A stretch of 64,000 nucleotides of DNA from an uncultured delta proteobacterium. Its GTDB lineage: Bacteria; Desulfobacterota; Desulfobacteria; Desulfobacterales; JAHEIW01. The stretch covers positions 128,001-192,000 of the forward strand of contig CAVPNL010000004.1 of NCBI GenBank assembly GCA_963706575.1, read 5' to 3'. Below, piece after piece: positions 47,688 to 57,909 of the stretch. The stretch's first letter is position 1. Every line of letters begins with the position of its first letter. A program made the position numbers and the translations under genes. Below the pieces are notes generated by a model. That model searched no databases. It worked only from the letters and a program-made list of their open reading frames with translations, and was not told the DNA's origin.

Positions 47688-49961
47688 TTAGCTGTGATCC
47701 TGCACGATGATCCCCCGAGATCTGAGTTCGTCTCTGAGTTTATCCGCGAGATCCCAATTTTGCTCTGAGCGGGCCTTATCTCTTTGGCTCAGCAGCCGTT
47801 GAATTTTTGGGTCAGCGTATTCATCAAAAAAATTAAACTGATTCAAGACCGTATCGATACTTCGAAACCCATTAATCATCTTTGAAGCGTCTTGTGGGTG
47901 CAGTTGGTTTTTTTGGACGAGGATATTCACTGTTTTAACAATTGTGAAAACCGTGGCCAGGGCTGCTGAAATATTTAAATCATCATCCATGGCGCTCATG
48001 AATCCGTTTTTAAGATCGTAGAGTAATTGTTCCAGTTCCGGGTAGGGCCGGCCCTGCTTCACACAGCGCAGATTGTACATACAGCGATCCAGCCGTTCAA
48101 GCGAACGCATGGCTTCGTCCAGGCGTTCTTTTGAAAACGAAATCGGTTTGCGATAGTGACTGGACAGCAGCCAAAAACGGATGACCCGGCCGGAATAGCC
48201 CATATTCATTAAATCCGCAATTGTCAGTCCGGCTGAGCGTTCATCCAATTTTTTCCCGTCGATGAGCACCCGATCGCAGTGTACCCAGAACTTCGCCAGG
48301 GGTTTCCCGGTCATGGCGACGGCAATGGCATTTTCATTTTCGTGGTGTGGAAAAACCAGTTCTCGGCTGCTGGTGTGGATATCGAAACATTCGCCTAAAT
48401 ATTTCATGGACATGGCTGCCGATTTAATGTGCCAGGAAGGCCGTACGCTCCCCCAGGTGGTTTTTGTGAAGATACCCCTTTTTAATTCTGAAAGTTTGGA
48501 TCGTTTAAACAGGGTGAAATCCCGCGGGTTTTGTTTTTCATAGTCATCCAGATCAACCGTGGCGCCCACTTTTATCTTGTTGATATCAATCCCGGAAAGC
48601 TGTCCGTAGTCATCAAGGCGTGAAATGTCAAAATATAATGATCGCAGTTTTTCATAGGCAACGCCTTTCGTAACCAGCCTTTCACCCAGGGCCACCATAT
48701 CGTCAACATGATCGCTGGCCTGGGCATAGGAAGTGGCCGGATTTAGGCCTAAAACGGACAGATCTTCTTTGAATTGAGAAATATTGGCTTCCGTAAATTC
48801 CTTCAGATCGACATTGGCTTCTTCGGATCCGCGGATGGCCTTGTCATCAAGATCATTGATATCGGTCAAATGATTGACCGCGTAACCGCGGTTTTCAAGG
48901 TAACGGCATAGCAGGTCGGCAAAGACAATGCGGCGCAATTCCCCCAGATGGATGCGGGTGTGTGCGGTGGGGCCGCAGGAATAAACGTTAACTTTTCCCG
49001 GGGTTCGAGGCTCAAACATCTCTTTTTTGTGAGACAGGCTGTTGAATAATTTCAGGGTAACCGCTTCGCGCACCGCAAAAAGCGAGGTGCTTAAATAACG
49101 CTCGCCGTTGTCCGGGAATAACACGACCAGGGTGCCGGCCGCCATTTTGACTGCAACCCTGCAGGCAGCGACCATGGCCGCACCGCTGCTCATGCCGACA
49201 AATATGCCTTCTTCCCTGGCCAGTCGTCGTGCCATTTCGTAAGCGTCTTCATCGGCAACATTGAGCTTTTGATCCAGGCGTTCTTTTTCAAAGATCTCGG
49301 GGCAATAGGCTTCTTTCATATTTTTTAACCCCTGGATCTTGTGGCCCAGATAAGGTTCCACCCCGATAATCTGGATGGACGAATCGTATTCCTTCAGCCT
49401 TCTGGAAACGCCCATTAAGGTCCCGCTGGTTCCCAGGGTGGCCACAAAAGCGGTAACCTTGCCGTCGGTTTGCTGCCAGACCTCTTCAGCCGTACCATAA
49501 TAGTGAGCCTTCCAGTTGGCTTCATTGTTAAATTGATCGGGGAGAAAATAGGTGTTCAGGTTTTCACGGGCCAGCCGGTAAGCCTCCTCAATGGCTCCAT
49601 CGGTGCCTAAATGCCCCGGCGTTAAAAGGATGTCGGCTCCCCGGGCCTTTAGAATCTTTTGTCGTTCGATGCTGACCGCATCGGACATCACCAGCAGCAA
49701 CCGGTATCCCTTGACCGTACAAACCAGGGCCAGGCCGATCCCGGTATTTCCGCTGGTGGGTTCGATGACGGTTTTTTGCGGTATCAGCTCTCCGGATTTT
49801 TCGCCAGCCTCAATCATGTAAAGGGCGGCGCGGTCCTTGACGGACCCGCCGGGGTTAAAACACTCGAGTTTGGCGAGCATCTTTACAGCGGGATTCGGAT
49901 TGAGTTTTTTGATTTCAACCAGTGGCGTATTGCCAATGGCATCCAGGATAGAATGACCCAT
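47688..49961 (-). CDS. Cysteine synthase (CysK/CysM-like) fused to cysteinyl-tRNA synthetase-like domain
   Basis: N-terminal IGNTPL, NPGGSVKDR (PLP Lys), TSGNTG, GERYLST; C-terminal YSCGPT, HLGE, RPSWHI, FPHHENE, SHYR, DDDLN, ADKLRDEL. Confidence 0.93.
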   Translation of the reverse strand: MGHSILDAIGNTPLVEIKKLNPNPAVKMLAKLECFNPGGSVKDRAALYMIEAGEKSGELIPQKTVIEPTSGNTGIGLALVCTVKGYRLLLVMSDAVSIERQKILKARGADILLTPGHLGTDGAIEEAYRLARENLNTYFLPDQFNNEANWKAHYYGTAEEVWQQTDGKVTAFVATLGTSGTLMGVSRRLKEYDSSIQIIGVEPYLGHKIQGLKNMKEAYCPEIFEKERLDQKLNVADEDAYEMARRLAREEGIFVGMSSGAAMVAACRVAVKMAAGTLVVLFPDNGERYLSTSLFAVREAVTLKLFNSLSHKKEMFEPRTPGKVNVYSCGPTAHTRIHLGELRRIVFADLLCRYLENRGYAVNHLTDINDLDDKAIRGSEEANVDLKEFTEANISQFKEDLSVLGLNPATSYAQASDHVDDMVALGERLVTKGVAYEKLRSLYFDISRLDDYGQLSGIDINKIKVGATVDLDDYEKQNPRDFTLFKRSKLSELKRGIFTKTTWGSVRPSWHIKSAAMSMKYLGECFDIHTSSRELVFPHHENENAIAVAMTGKPLAKFWVHCDRVLIDGKKLDERSAGLTIADLMNMGYSGRVIRFWLLSSHYRKPISFSKERLDEAMRSLERLDRCMYNLRCVKQGRPYPELEQLLYDLKNGFMSAMDDDLNISAALATVFTIVKTVNILVQKNQLHPQDASKMINGFRSIDTVLNQFNFFDEYADPKIQRLLSQRDKARSEQNWDLADKLRDELRSRGIIVQDHS

Positions 49962-50006
49962 ACCGTAAACCTATAAGGAGAGTGCGTCCCGCTCTGAACG
50001 GGATTC

Positions 50007-50154
50007 AAAGTGATCTAAAATGCCTAAAATTAAACAGAAGAATCAATCCATTTTATTTTAATCCTCACGCAAAAAGACAAGCGCGCAAAGATGCTAAGGA
50101 ATAAAAAATAAAACTTTGCGGGCTTTGCGTGAGACCTAAAACTTTAGGCACTTT
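50007..50154. repeat. Nested cassette: CCTAAAGTG-type outer arms, CGCAAAG-type inner arms
   Basis: aaagtgatctaaaatgcctaaaat [ctcacgcaaa...ctttgcgggctttgcgtgag] actttaggcacttt. Confidence 0.72.
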
Positions 50155-50211
50155 TGGTCCCTTTGTTGATCACATCTATTATTTTAAGAAATTTCAACTG
50201 CAACAATATTT

Positions 50212-50859
50212 TTATCCATGCAAACATTGCTTAAGAAATGAAGACACGATCTTGCGCATCGCGGCAAATACCTGATCCTGGGTTTGGGCCGCGTCGATAA
50301 CTCTGAACCGATCCGGTTCAAGACGGGCCAGCTCAAGATAGCCGGCCCGGACTTTTTCATGGAATGCCACCGCTTCGGCTTCAAAACGACTTTCATCCCC
50401 GGATCGCTGTCCGTTGTTTAACTGTTGCCAGGCACGTTTCAGACCCACCTGCGGCGAAAGGTCCAGCAGCAAGGTGATATCAGGCTTTAGATCGTCAAAC
50501 AAAAGTTGATGTAGTTGCCCGATCAATTCAATGCTCAGCCCCCTGGCAAATCCCTGATAGACCAGAGTGGCATCAAAATAACGATCGCATATCACTGTCT
50601 TGCCTTCCTTTAACGCCGGTCTGATAAGCTCATTAATGTGCTGGGCGCGATCGGCCATGTATAAAAGCAATTCCGCCAGCGGCTCCAGGGCATTATTCGC
50701 TGGATCCAGCAGAATCGATCGAATATTTTCTCCGATCAGGGTGCCACCCGGCTGCCGGGTCGCAACACATTCGATTCCCCGGTTTTCAAAAAATTCCACC
50801 AGCCGACAGATCTGGGTCGTTTTACCCGAACCTTCGATACCTTCCAGTGTGATGAACAT
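50212..50859 (-). CDS. tmk: Thymidylate kinase
   Basis: FITLEGIEGSGKTTQ, ADRAQH, CDRY, YQG. Confidence 0.97.
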   Translation of the reverse strand: MFITLEGIEGSGKTTQICRLVEFFENRGIECVATRQPGGTLIGENIRSILLDPANNALEPLAELLLYMADRAQHINELIRPALKEGKTVICDRYFDATLVYQGFARGLSIELIGQLHQLLFDDLKPDITLLLDLSPQVGLKRAWQQLNNGQRSGDESRFEAEAVAFHEKVRAGYLELARLEPDRFRVIDAAQTQDQVFAAMRKIVSSFLKQCLHG

Positions 50860-50921
50860 GAGGTTAGTCCGTTGATGTTGCTCAATTATGCGCTTGAAAG
50901 CTTCTTAAAACTACATCAAAG

Positions 50922-51107
50922 AAAGTGCGCTAAAGTTGGAAGTGATCTAAAGTGACTAAAGTTAAGGAATTCTACCCGTCGAGAGCCTCCCGTCGAGAGC
51001 CTCTGGGTCGAACGACTGGGTCGAACGATCATTTTTAAAATAAAAGATAGAGCGCAGCGAAACCATAATTTTAGGCATTTTAGATCATTTTAGGCACTTT
51101 AGGCACT
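50922..51107. repeat. Nested cassette: CTAAAGTG-type outer arms enclosing 14- and 13-bp direct duplications
   Basis: agtgatctaaagtgactaaagt ... (cccgtcgagagcct)x2 (ctgggtcgaacga)x2 ... attttaggcattttagatcattttaggcactttaggcact. Confidence 0.72.
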
Positions 51108-51137
51108 CGTTATTTTTGCGCTTTTGAACGTAATCCA

Positions 51138-51926
51138 CTATTTCCGAGAAAGCCTCTCCTCTTTTGATCGGGTCACTAATTTCCAGCCTTTCAGGTTTTC
51201 GAGCGCCTGATAATCGGTCTGATCGCATTTTATGGGTGTAATCGAGATAAAATCTTCACACAAGGCTGAGCCGTCGATATCGGTGGACTTGCCCGCCGGC
51301 AAAGAATCACATCCCTGCCAGTAATAGGTTCGCTCACGAGGATCCATCCGTTTATCAATATATTCAGGGAAAAAATCCATATCGAGTCGGCTGATGCGGA
51401 CGCCGGTAATTTCTTTTAAGGGTCGGTTGGGAATATTGACATTTAGAAATGTTCCAAACGGAAGCCCGTTGGCGTACACATCTTTTGCCAGCGCTTTGAC
51501 AAAAAGTGCCGCCTCGTCATAATTTTGCACGTCTCGACCATGGATGGACACGGCAATGGCCAGAATACCGTATAATGTCGCCTCCTTGGCAGCCGCAACG
51601 GTTCCGGAATAATTAATATTTATGCCGACATTCGCTCCGGGATTAATACCTGAAATCACCATATCCGGTTTGCTATCCAGGATTTCCAATATCCCCATCT
51701 TGATACAATCAGCCGGTGTCCCTGAGACAGCATAACCCTGGAACGCCTTATTGATCGAAACCTTTTGTACACGCAGCGGCTTATTTAGGGTAATACCGTG
51801 GCCAACGGCACTCTGTTCACGATCCGGCGCAATAATCGAAACGGAATGCTGCGATGCCAGATGTTTGTAGAGAGACTCCAATCCGGGAGCATAAATGCCA
51901 TCATCATTGGTTAGAAGAATATTCAT
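51138..51926 (-). CDS. surE: 5'/3'-nucleotidase SurE
   Basis: ILLTNDDG, GTPADC, SGIN.GAN, YSGTVAAA. Confidence 0.97.
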   Translation of the reverse strand: MNILLTNDDGIYAPGLESLYKHLASQHSVSIIAPDREQSAVGHGITLNKPLRVQKVSINKAFQGYAVSGTPADCIKMGILEILDSKPDMVISGINPGANVGININYSGTVAAAKEATLYGILAIAVSIHGRDVQNYDEAALFVKALAKDVYANGLPFGTFLNVNIPNRPLKEITGVRISRLDMDFFPEYIDKRMDPRERTYYWQGCDSLPAGKSTDIDGSALCEDFISITPIKCDQTDYQALENLKGWKLVTRSKEERLSRK

Positions 51927-52346
51927 AATGAATCACACAAATTGGGTTATGGGAACTTTGGATAACACAAATCTGTGAAAGGAAACATCAGCGGGATCGG
52001 CAGATCGGCCTTTAAACCCACCCGGGCATAAACCGGGGCAGGTATCGGTTTTGCGCCGCACGCAGCGCCGAATTTGCCTGAAAACGAATTGAATTGGCCA
52101 TCTGTATCGGGTTGATGGTTAAATTTTAATTTAGGGGCCATAACGATTTGCGCTTAATTGACTTTCCGGTAATATCTTGACATATTTAACTGGTTTGAAT
52201 TTATATCCCAAATTTCAATCATATTCAAGAAATATGAATGAATTCCGGCTTTATCGGTTAAACTCACGCACCTCAATGGGGATCCTAAAAATGATCAGAA
52301 CGGTAGAGTTCACCCCAAGCTCAATGAAAATTGCAGGAGGGCCGGC

Positions 52347-54665
52347 TTGCAGCTGAGACGATTCAAACGCCTCTTTCAACTTCTCATTTCAAAGCGGAGC
52401 AGACGGACGGTCTTTTTAGGCTGTTTGATTTTGGGTGCTCTGGCAGATTCGCATCCGGCAGGCGCCCAGAGTTTAGAGCTGCAAAAAGAAGGCATTTTAA
52501 AAGACGACGCCCGGTTGCCCTGGGTGCTTGAAGCCGATGAGTTGACCTACGATCATCAGCTGGATCAATATATCGCCCGCGGCAATGTTCAAATATCAAA
52601 AGCCGATAAAAAGCTGACGGCTGATTATATCCGCTACGATCACAAAAACCAGCATGCTTTTGCCCGGGGCAAGGTGGTTCTGACCGTCGGTCAGGACATT
52701 CTTTCCGGCAGCCAGCTGGACATTGACCTCGAAAAACAGGTGGGCTGGATAGAAAATGCCTATTTATTCCTGAAAGAAAACAATTTTCATATCACCGCCG
52801 ACAAAATTGAAAAAACCGGCGAAAAAACCTACCGCATTGACCGCGCCACCCTCACCACCTGCGACGGCCCCAAACCGAGCTGGAAAATCAGCGGCAAAGA
52901 TGTCAAGATTAAAGAAGATGGATCCGGCACCGTCAAACACGCCGTCGTGCGGGCAAGAAGGGTGCCGGTGCTGTACTCACCCTACTTTTACTATCCGGCG
53001 AGAGAGGATCGACAGACCGGTTTTCTGATGCCTGAATTGGGCGAAACCGGGCGCAAAGGTTATCTGTATAACCAGCCCTTTTTCTGGGCCATCTCAGAAA
53101 GTGCCGACGCCACCTTTTACGCCAACTACATGTCAAATCGCGGCATAAAGCCGGGAGCTGAATTCCGCTATATCTTAAATGAGCGCTCCCGGGGCACCTT
53201 CATGCTGGATGGGTTTAACGATGACAAAACCGATGAAGGCGGCCAATCCAGCGATGATTACGGATATCGGGACGCCGGTGAAGAAGTCTTGCGCACCAAT
53301 GAAAACCGCTACTGGTTTCGCATGAGTCATCATCAGGCAGCGCCCCTGGGATTTTTTGCCAAATTGGATTTGGATATCGCCAGCGATCAGGATTACCTGC
53401 GTGATTTTCGGGATGGGCATATGGGCTATGACGATACCAATGACTATTTTCGCACAGCATTCCACCGGCAACTTAATGACTATAATGATCCTGTCCGAAC
53501 AAACCGTTTGAACCTCAATCGGCTCTGGCCAAAATTCAACTTCAATTTCGAGCCGCGCTGGAACGATGACACCAGACGGGATATCAATACCGGTGAAACC
53601 CTCCAAAGACTCCCGTTTATGAGCTTTGATGGTGAAAAACAAAAACTTTTGGCCTCGCCGTTTTATTTTGATTTAGAATCTCAATATGACTATTTTTGGC
53701 GCGACAGCGGCACCCGGGGCCAGCGGTTTGACGTGCACCCCAGGTTTTACATACCCTTTCGAGTTAATAAATACGCCACTGTTGAACCGTCGGTCGGGTT
53801 AAGGGAGACCGGCTACCGCCTGGATAAGAGCACTTTCGACGATCAGCCCGATACCAATCAATGGTCACATCGCGAACTTTTTGACACGCGTTTGGAACTT
53901 TTTACAGAACTTGAAAGGGTCTTCAACTTAGAGGATCAGCTCTTTGAAGGCGTCAAGCACCGCATTCGCCCCCAGATTACGCATGAATTTATACCGGATT
54001 CCAAGCAGGGAGACTTGCCCCGATTCGATACGATCGACCGAATCGATGAAACCAACAAAATTACTTATTCCCTTATCAATACATTGACATCCAAATTAAA
54101 AACCGCTGGGCCAAAGACAGCAGGACCGGAACTGGCAAGCAAACACGGCAGTCAACGGCAAACGACGGTCGATTATAAATATAACGATTTTTTCCGCTTT
54201 GAGGTCGAACATGGCTATGACTTTGAAAAATCAAAAAGACCGTTTTCACCGATTTCAGCCAAGCTGGATGTCTCCCCGGTTAAATATATCTGGCTGGATG
54301 CGGACGCCCAATATTCCGTCTATAAGAACGAATTTCTGCGTCACAATATTCAGGGATTACTGTGGGACAACCGCGGCGACGAGTTATATGTGGATTATCG
54401 ATATGAGAAAAAATCCGAGGAAACCGAAGTTACAGAAAATATCCAGTCCATTACAGGCAAACTGAGGGTGCAATTAAGCGATTATCTCTCGGTTAGCGCT
54501 GAAAATGTATATAACTTTGAGACCGACCAGCGAATTCGAACCGCCGGCGGATTCACGTATACGGCGCAGTGTTGGTCATTTGATTTTAAATATACGGATG
54601 AGCCCGATGACTGGAAAGTGAGTTTTAAAATCGCCTTGACCGGACTGGGAGAAATTGAGTATTAG
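52347..54665 (+). CDS. lptD: LPS-assembly outer-membrane protein LptD
   Basis: OstA-like N-terminus (EADEL.YD, ARGNV), TTC..P.W, RQTGFLMP, QCW near C-terminus. Confidence 0.9.
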   Translation: MQLRRFKRLFQLLISKRSRRTVFLGCLILGALADSHPAGAQSLELQKEGILKDDARLPWVLEADELTYDHQLDQYIARGNVQISKADKKLTADYIRYDHKNQHAFARGKVVLTVGQDILSGSQLDIDLEKQVGWIENAYLFLKENNFHITADKIEKTGEKTYRIDRATLTTCDGPKPSWKISGKDVKIKEDGSGTVKHAVVRARRVPVLYSPYFYYPAREDRQTGFLMPELGETGRKGYLYNQPFFWAISESADATFYANYMSNRGIKPGAEFRYILNERSRGTFMLDGFNDDKTDEGGQSSDDYGYRDAGEEVLRTNENRYWFRMSHHQAAPLGFFAKLDLDIASDQDYLRDFRDGHMGYDDTNDYFRTAFHRQLNDYNDPVRTNRLNLNRLWPKFNFNFEPRWNDDTRRDINTGETLQRLPFMSFDGEKQKLLASPFYFDLESQYDYFWRDSGTRGQRFDVHPRFYIPFRVNKYATVEPSVGLRETGYRLDKSTFDDQPDTNQWSHRELFDTRLELFTELERVFNLEDQLFEGVKHRIRPQITHEFIPDSKQGDLPRFDTIDRIDETNKITYSLINTLTSKLKTAGPKTAGPELASKHGSQRQTTVDYKYNDFFRFEVEHGYDFEKSKRPFSPISAKLDVSPVKYIWLDADAQYSVYKNEFLRHNIQGLLWDNRGDELYVDYRYEKKSEETEVTENIQSITGKLRVQLSDYLSVSAENVYNFETDQRIRTAGGFTYTAQCWSFDFKYTDEPDDWKVSFKIALTGLGEIEY

Positions 54666-54682
54666 AAGCCTAATTGAACGAT

Positions 54683-54857
54683 AAACGCCCAATGCGGCGT
54701 TATTGGTTATTGGTTATTGGTTAATCGTTATTAAAATTCGGTGGCGACCTCATTTTGTATTCCGATAATGGGTAAAATATAAAATTCGATATCATTCCTT
54801 ATTAAACGACTAACTAATAACGAATAACGAAAAAACGATAACGCGCATTTGGGTTTT
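54683..54857. repeat. Inverted 7-bp tandem repeats (GTTATTG)n...(CGAATAA)n with imperfect terminal IR
   Basis: aaacgcccaatgcggc gttattg gttattg gttattg gttaatc gttatt ... taactaa taacgaa taacgaa aaaacga taac gcgcatttgggtttt. Confidence 0.75.
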
Positions 54858-54879
54858 AGCGATGATAGGATCGTAAGGG

Positions 54880-55407
54880 ATGCAAGACAAAAAATTATTG
54901 TCCCTCTGGTATGTGTTGCATACCAAAAGCAGGTTTGAAAATGTCGTCAATGATGGCCTCGGAAAAAAATCCATAGAAGTTTTTCTGCCGAAAGTTACCG
55001 TCAGGAGCAAACGAAAAGATCGAAAAGTCATGATTCGCGTGCCCCTATTTCCGGGATACCTTTTTGTGAAGACCGATCTTGCCCCCGAGTCCCATCTGGA
55101 AATTGTAAAAACCGCCGGAGCGGTTCGGTTAATTGGAAGCAAAAAGGGACCGGTGCCCGTACCGCATGAAACCATCGATTCTTTAAAAATCATGGTAAGC
55201 GGCGATCATGCCGTCACTACCGGCCACCGTTTACAAAAAGGGGATAAAGTCCTGGTGCTTCACGGACCGTTTGCCGGCGTTACCGGAACCTTTACGCGCT
55301 ATGGCGGCAAGGGACGCGTAATTGTCAACATTGAGGCACTCGGGCAATATGCCGGGGTGGAAGTCAGTGAAGACGATATTGAAATTGTACCTAAAATATT
55401 AACATAA
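54880..55407 (+). CDS. NusG-paralog transcription antiterminator (UpxY/RfaH-like)
   Basis: WYVLHTKSRFE, PLFPGYLFV (NGN), GDKV.VLHGPFAG (KOW). Confidence 0.9.
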   Translation: MQDKKLLSLWYVLHTKSRFENVVNDGLGKKSIEVFLPKVTVRSKRKDRKVMIRVPLFPGYLFVKTDLAPESHLEIVKTAGAVRLIGSKKGPVPVPHETIDSLKIMVSGDHAVTTGHRLQKGDKVLVLHGPFAGVTGTFTRYGGKGRVIVNIEALGQYAGVEVSEDDIEIVPKILT

Positions 55408-55486
55408 CGGCTTGACATCTAATTAAGTTTCAGCATATAAATTTCACAATCTTATTGCCGATCAGCATTTTGAAAAAGGAGGTTCT

Positions 55487-55762
55487 ATGAATAAGTTGGA
55501 GCTCATCTCTGCCTTAAAAACAGAGGCCAATATATCGAAAGCTGAAGCCGCCAAAGTTGTCCAAATATTTTTCGATAACATGGCGGATGCCATGGCAAAG
55601 GGGGAACGGGTTGAAATTCGAGGTCTCTGCAGCTTTTTTGTAAAAGATTACAAAAGCTATACCGGCAGAAATCCTAAAACCGGAGAGAAAGTTACCATAA
55701 GGCCGAAGAAACTTCCTTTTTTCAAATCGGGAAAAGAACTAAAAGAACGGGTAGACTACTGA
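55487..55762 (+). CDS. ihfB: HU/IHF family DNA-binding protein (IHF beta-like)
   Basis: MNK.EL, GERVEIRG, GRNPKTGE, PFFK.GKELKERV; AAGGAGG RBS. Confidence 0.85.
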   Translation: MNKLELISALKTEANISKAEAAKVVQIFFDNMADAMAKGERVEIRGLCSFFVKDYKSYTGRNPKTGEKVTIRPKKLPFFKSGKELKERVDY

Positions 55763-55824
55763 GATTTGTATAAATTTCAATCCACTCCTTCAATATCCCG
55801 TTGTTGAGCGGAGCGAAATGAACG

Positions 55825-56886
55825 GTGCCCGTGTCTGAGTTGCTTATAAATCAAGAAAAACCCATAAGAATATTAACCACCCTCCTTCGAAACGGGACTC
55901 TGCCCCACGCGCTTCTATTTACGGGAACAGAGGGTGTGGGCAAAGAGGCCGCTGCCGTTGCTCTGGCAATGGCCTGCAACTGCCAAAGAGCACTTCCCGA
56001 ATCCAAAGCTGATCATCGGTCAGGCCAGGACCCTGTCAACTCATCTGGCGAATTTAACTCGATAACGATGGACGCATGTGGTGTCTGCAAATCCTGCAGA
56101 AAAATTGCGGCCGGCAACCATCCGGATATCATCCGCATCCAACCCAGCGGGCCTTTTATTAAAATAGATCAAATTCGCTCGTTGCTGCAGACTCTGGCCA
56201 TGAAACCCTATGAGGCCATAACCCGGGTGGCAATCCTATCTCAAGCCCAGGCCATGAATGCAGCCGCCAGCAATGCACTTCTGAAAATATTAGAAGAGCC
56301 CCCCAGCCGCTCGATGCTGGTGCTGACCGCGACCCAAAAATCGGATCTTCTGCCAACCATTGTATCCCGTTGCCAGAATGTGGGGTTTAATCCGATCCCC
56401 CAAAAAAAGATCGCTTCATGGCTTAAAGACCAACATGGGATCGCGCAGCAACCCGCCGACATCATTTCAGCAATGGCCAATGGAAGCTTTTCCAGGGCCC
56501 AAATGATGGTCGAAAATAACTGGCTGCAACGTAGAAAATGGGTGATCGATGAAATGGATCGCCTCTCTCTGCAGCCGATCGCCCGCTTGTTTTCCCTGGC
56601 AGAAAAATTATCAAAGGAAAAGGAGGCGCTTGCTCAGAGTTTAGAAATCATTAAAGTGTGGTTTAGAGACCTGATCATCAACCGATATGATGCCGCTAAA
56701 ATCATTAACCGCGATGTCGCCGATAAAATTGAGAGTGCCTCACAGAAAAATAGTCTGCCCGATTTGCTTTCTAAGGTTGATGCCGTTCAAAAAACGCAAA
56801 CCCGGCTGGCGGCAAACACCAATTTAAGACTCGTCATGGAAAGTTTGCTCATACAGCTGGCACAGCCTCAGGGAGCGAATAGATAA
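55825..56886 (+). CDS. holB: DNA polymerase III delta' subunit
   Basis: HALLF.G..GVGK, CGVCKSC, HPD, NALLKILEEP, PTIVSRC. Confidence 0.95.
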   Translation: MPVSELLINQEKPIRILTTLLRNGTLPHALLFTGTEGVGKEAAAVALAMACNCQRALPESKADHRSGQDPVNSSGEFNSITMDACGVCKSCRKIAAGNHPDIIRIQPSGPFIKIDQIRSLLQTLAMKPYEAITRVAILSQAQAMNAAASNALLKILEEPPSRSMLVLTATQKSDLLPTIVSRCQNVGFNPIPQKKIASWLKDQHGIAQQPADIISAMANGSFSRAQMMVENNWLQRRKWVIDEMDRLSLQPIARLFSLAEKLSKEKEALAQSLEIIKVWFRDLIINRYDAAKIINRDVADKIESASQKNSLPDLLSKVDAVQKTQTRLAANTNLRLVMESLLIQLAQPQGANR

Positions 56887-56923
56887 AATTTTTGCTTTTA
56901 GGAGAAAAAGATGCAATTTTATC

Positions 56924-57002
56924 CTCACGCCAAGCCGCAAAGATCGCAAAGGCAAACATTTTTTCGCTTTTTTATTTTAGCGACTTTGCGTCTTTGCGTG
57001 AG
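56924..57002. repeat. Inverted CGCAAAG-type tandem repeats
   Basis: ctcacgccaagccgcaaagatcgcaaag ... tttagcgactttgcgtctttgcgtgag; same family as inner arms at 50064-50133. Confidence 0.72.
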
Positions 57003-57103
57003 ATTTTTAGATTCAAACTCACCCGGATAGAGTGATAAATGATCCGCCCAGCATGTGCTCAAACGGCATCGCGCTGGCGTGCTGAAAATAAAACGAAAAA
57101 ACC

Positions 57104-57907
57104 ATGAAAAAAATAGTTGGAATACGATTCAAAACAGCCGGCAAAGTATACGATTTTGAAAGCGGGGCATTTGTCCTAAAACCGGGTGACCATGTCATCG
57201 TTGAAACCGAACAGGGACTCGGTTTCGGGACGGTGGTTTCGCCCCCGAAGTCTTTTGAAAAGCGGGCGGCAGGCAGGCCGCTCAAAAAAGTTTTTCGGCT
57301 GGCAACCGAAAAAGATTTCAACCAGCGCCAAAAAAACCTATCTCATGAAAAGTCCGCCCATAGCTTTTGTTTGGGCTGCATTCGAAAACTGGACTTGAAA
57401 ATGAATCTCTTTTCGGTTGAAAAATCATTTGATGGAAACAAGTATACCTTTTTTTTCACAGCCGAGGGGCGGGTTGATTTTCGGCAGCTTGTCAAAATGC
57501 TGGTCAAGGAACTGGGTGTCAGAATTGAAATGCGGCAGGTGGGTATCAGAAACCAAGCGAAAATGTGCGGCGGCATCGGCCGCTGCGGCCGCCAACTGTG
57601 TTGTTCGACATTTTTAGATAAATTTGATCCCGTATCGATCCGGATGGCCAAAGAACAGAACCTATCGCTTAACCCGACTAAAATTTCCGGGCAGTGCGGT
57701 CGACTGATGTGCTGTTTAACCTACGAGTTTGAGACTTACAAGAAGCTGAAAAAAAATTTACCCCGGCTGGGTAAAATTGTGACGACACCCAGCGGAAAAG
57801 GCAAAGTCATCCGGCATAATGCGATTTGCAACCGTATCGCTGTTCGTCTGGAGGACGATCTGGAAGTCGAATTTAAAGTTGACCAAGTAAACCTGCAAAA
57901 GGAATAA
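57104..57907 (+). CDS. ricT: PSP1-domain protein (RicT/YaaT-like)
   Basis: GRVDFR.LVK, RIEMRQ, GGIG.CGR.LCC, ISGQCGRLMCCL.YE; holB-yaaT-metG synteny. Confidence 0.9.
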   Translation: MKKIVGIRFKTAGKVYDFESGAFVLKPGDHVIVETEQGLGFGTVVSPPKSFEKRAAGRPLKKVFRLATEKDFNQRQKNLSHEKSAHSFCLGCIRKLDLKMNLFSVEKSFDGNKYTFFFTAEGRVDFRQLVKMLVKELGVRIEMRQVGIRNQAKMCGGIGRCGRQLCCSTFLDKFDPVSIRMAKEQNLSLNPTKISGQCGRLMCCLTYEFETYKKLKKNLPRLGKIVTTPSGKGKVIRHNAICNRIAVRLEDDLEVEFKVDQVNLQKE

Positions 57908-57909
57908 AA

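Noticed and set aside
51947..52141. 64-aa ORF upstream of surE
   Set aside because: No recognisable motif or clear RBS; cannot be supported
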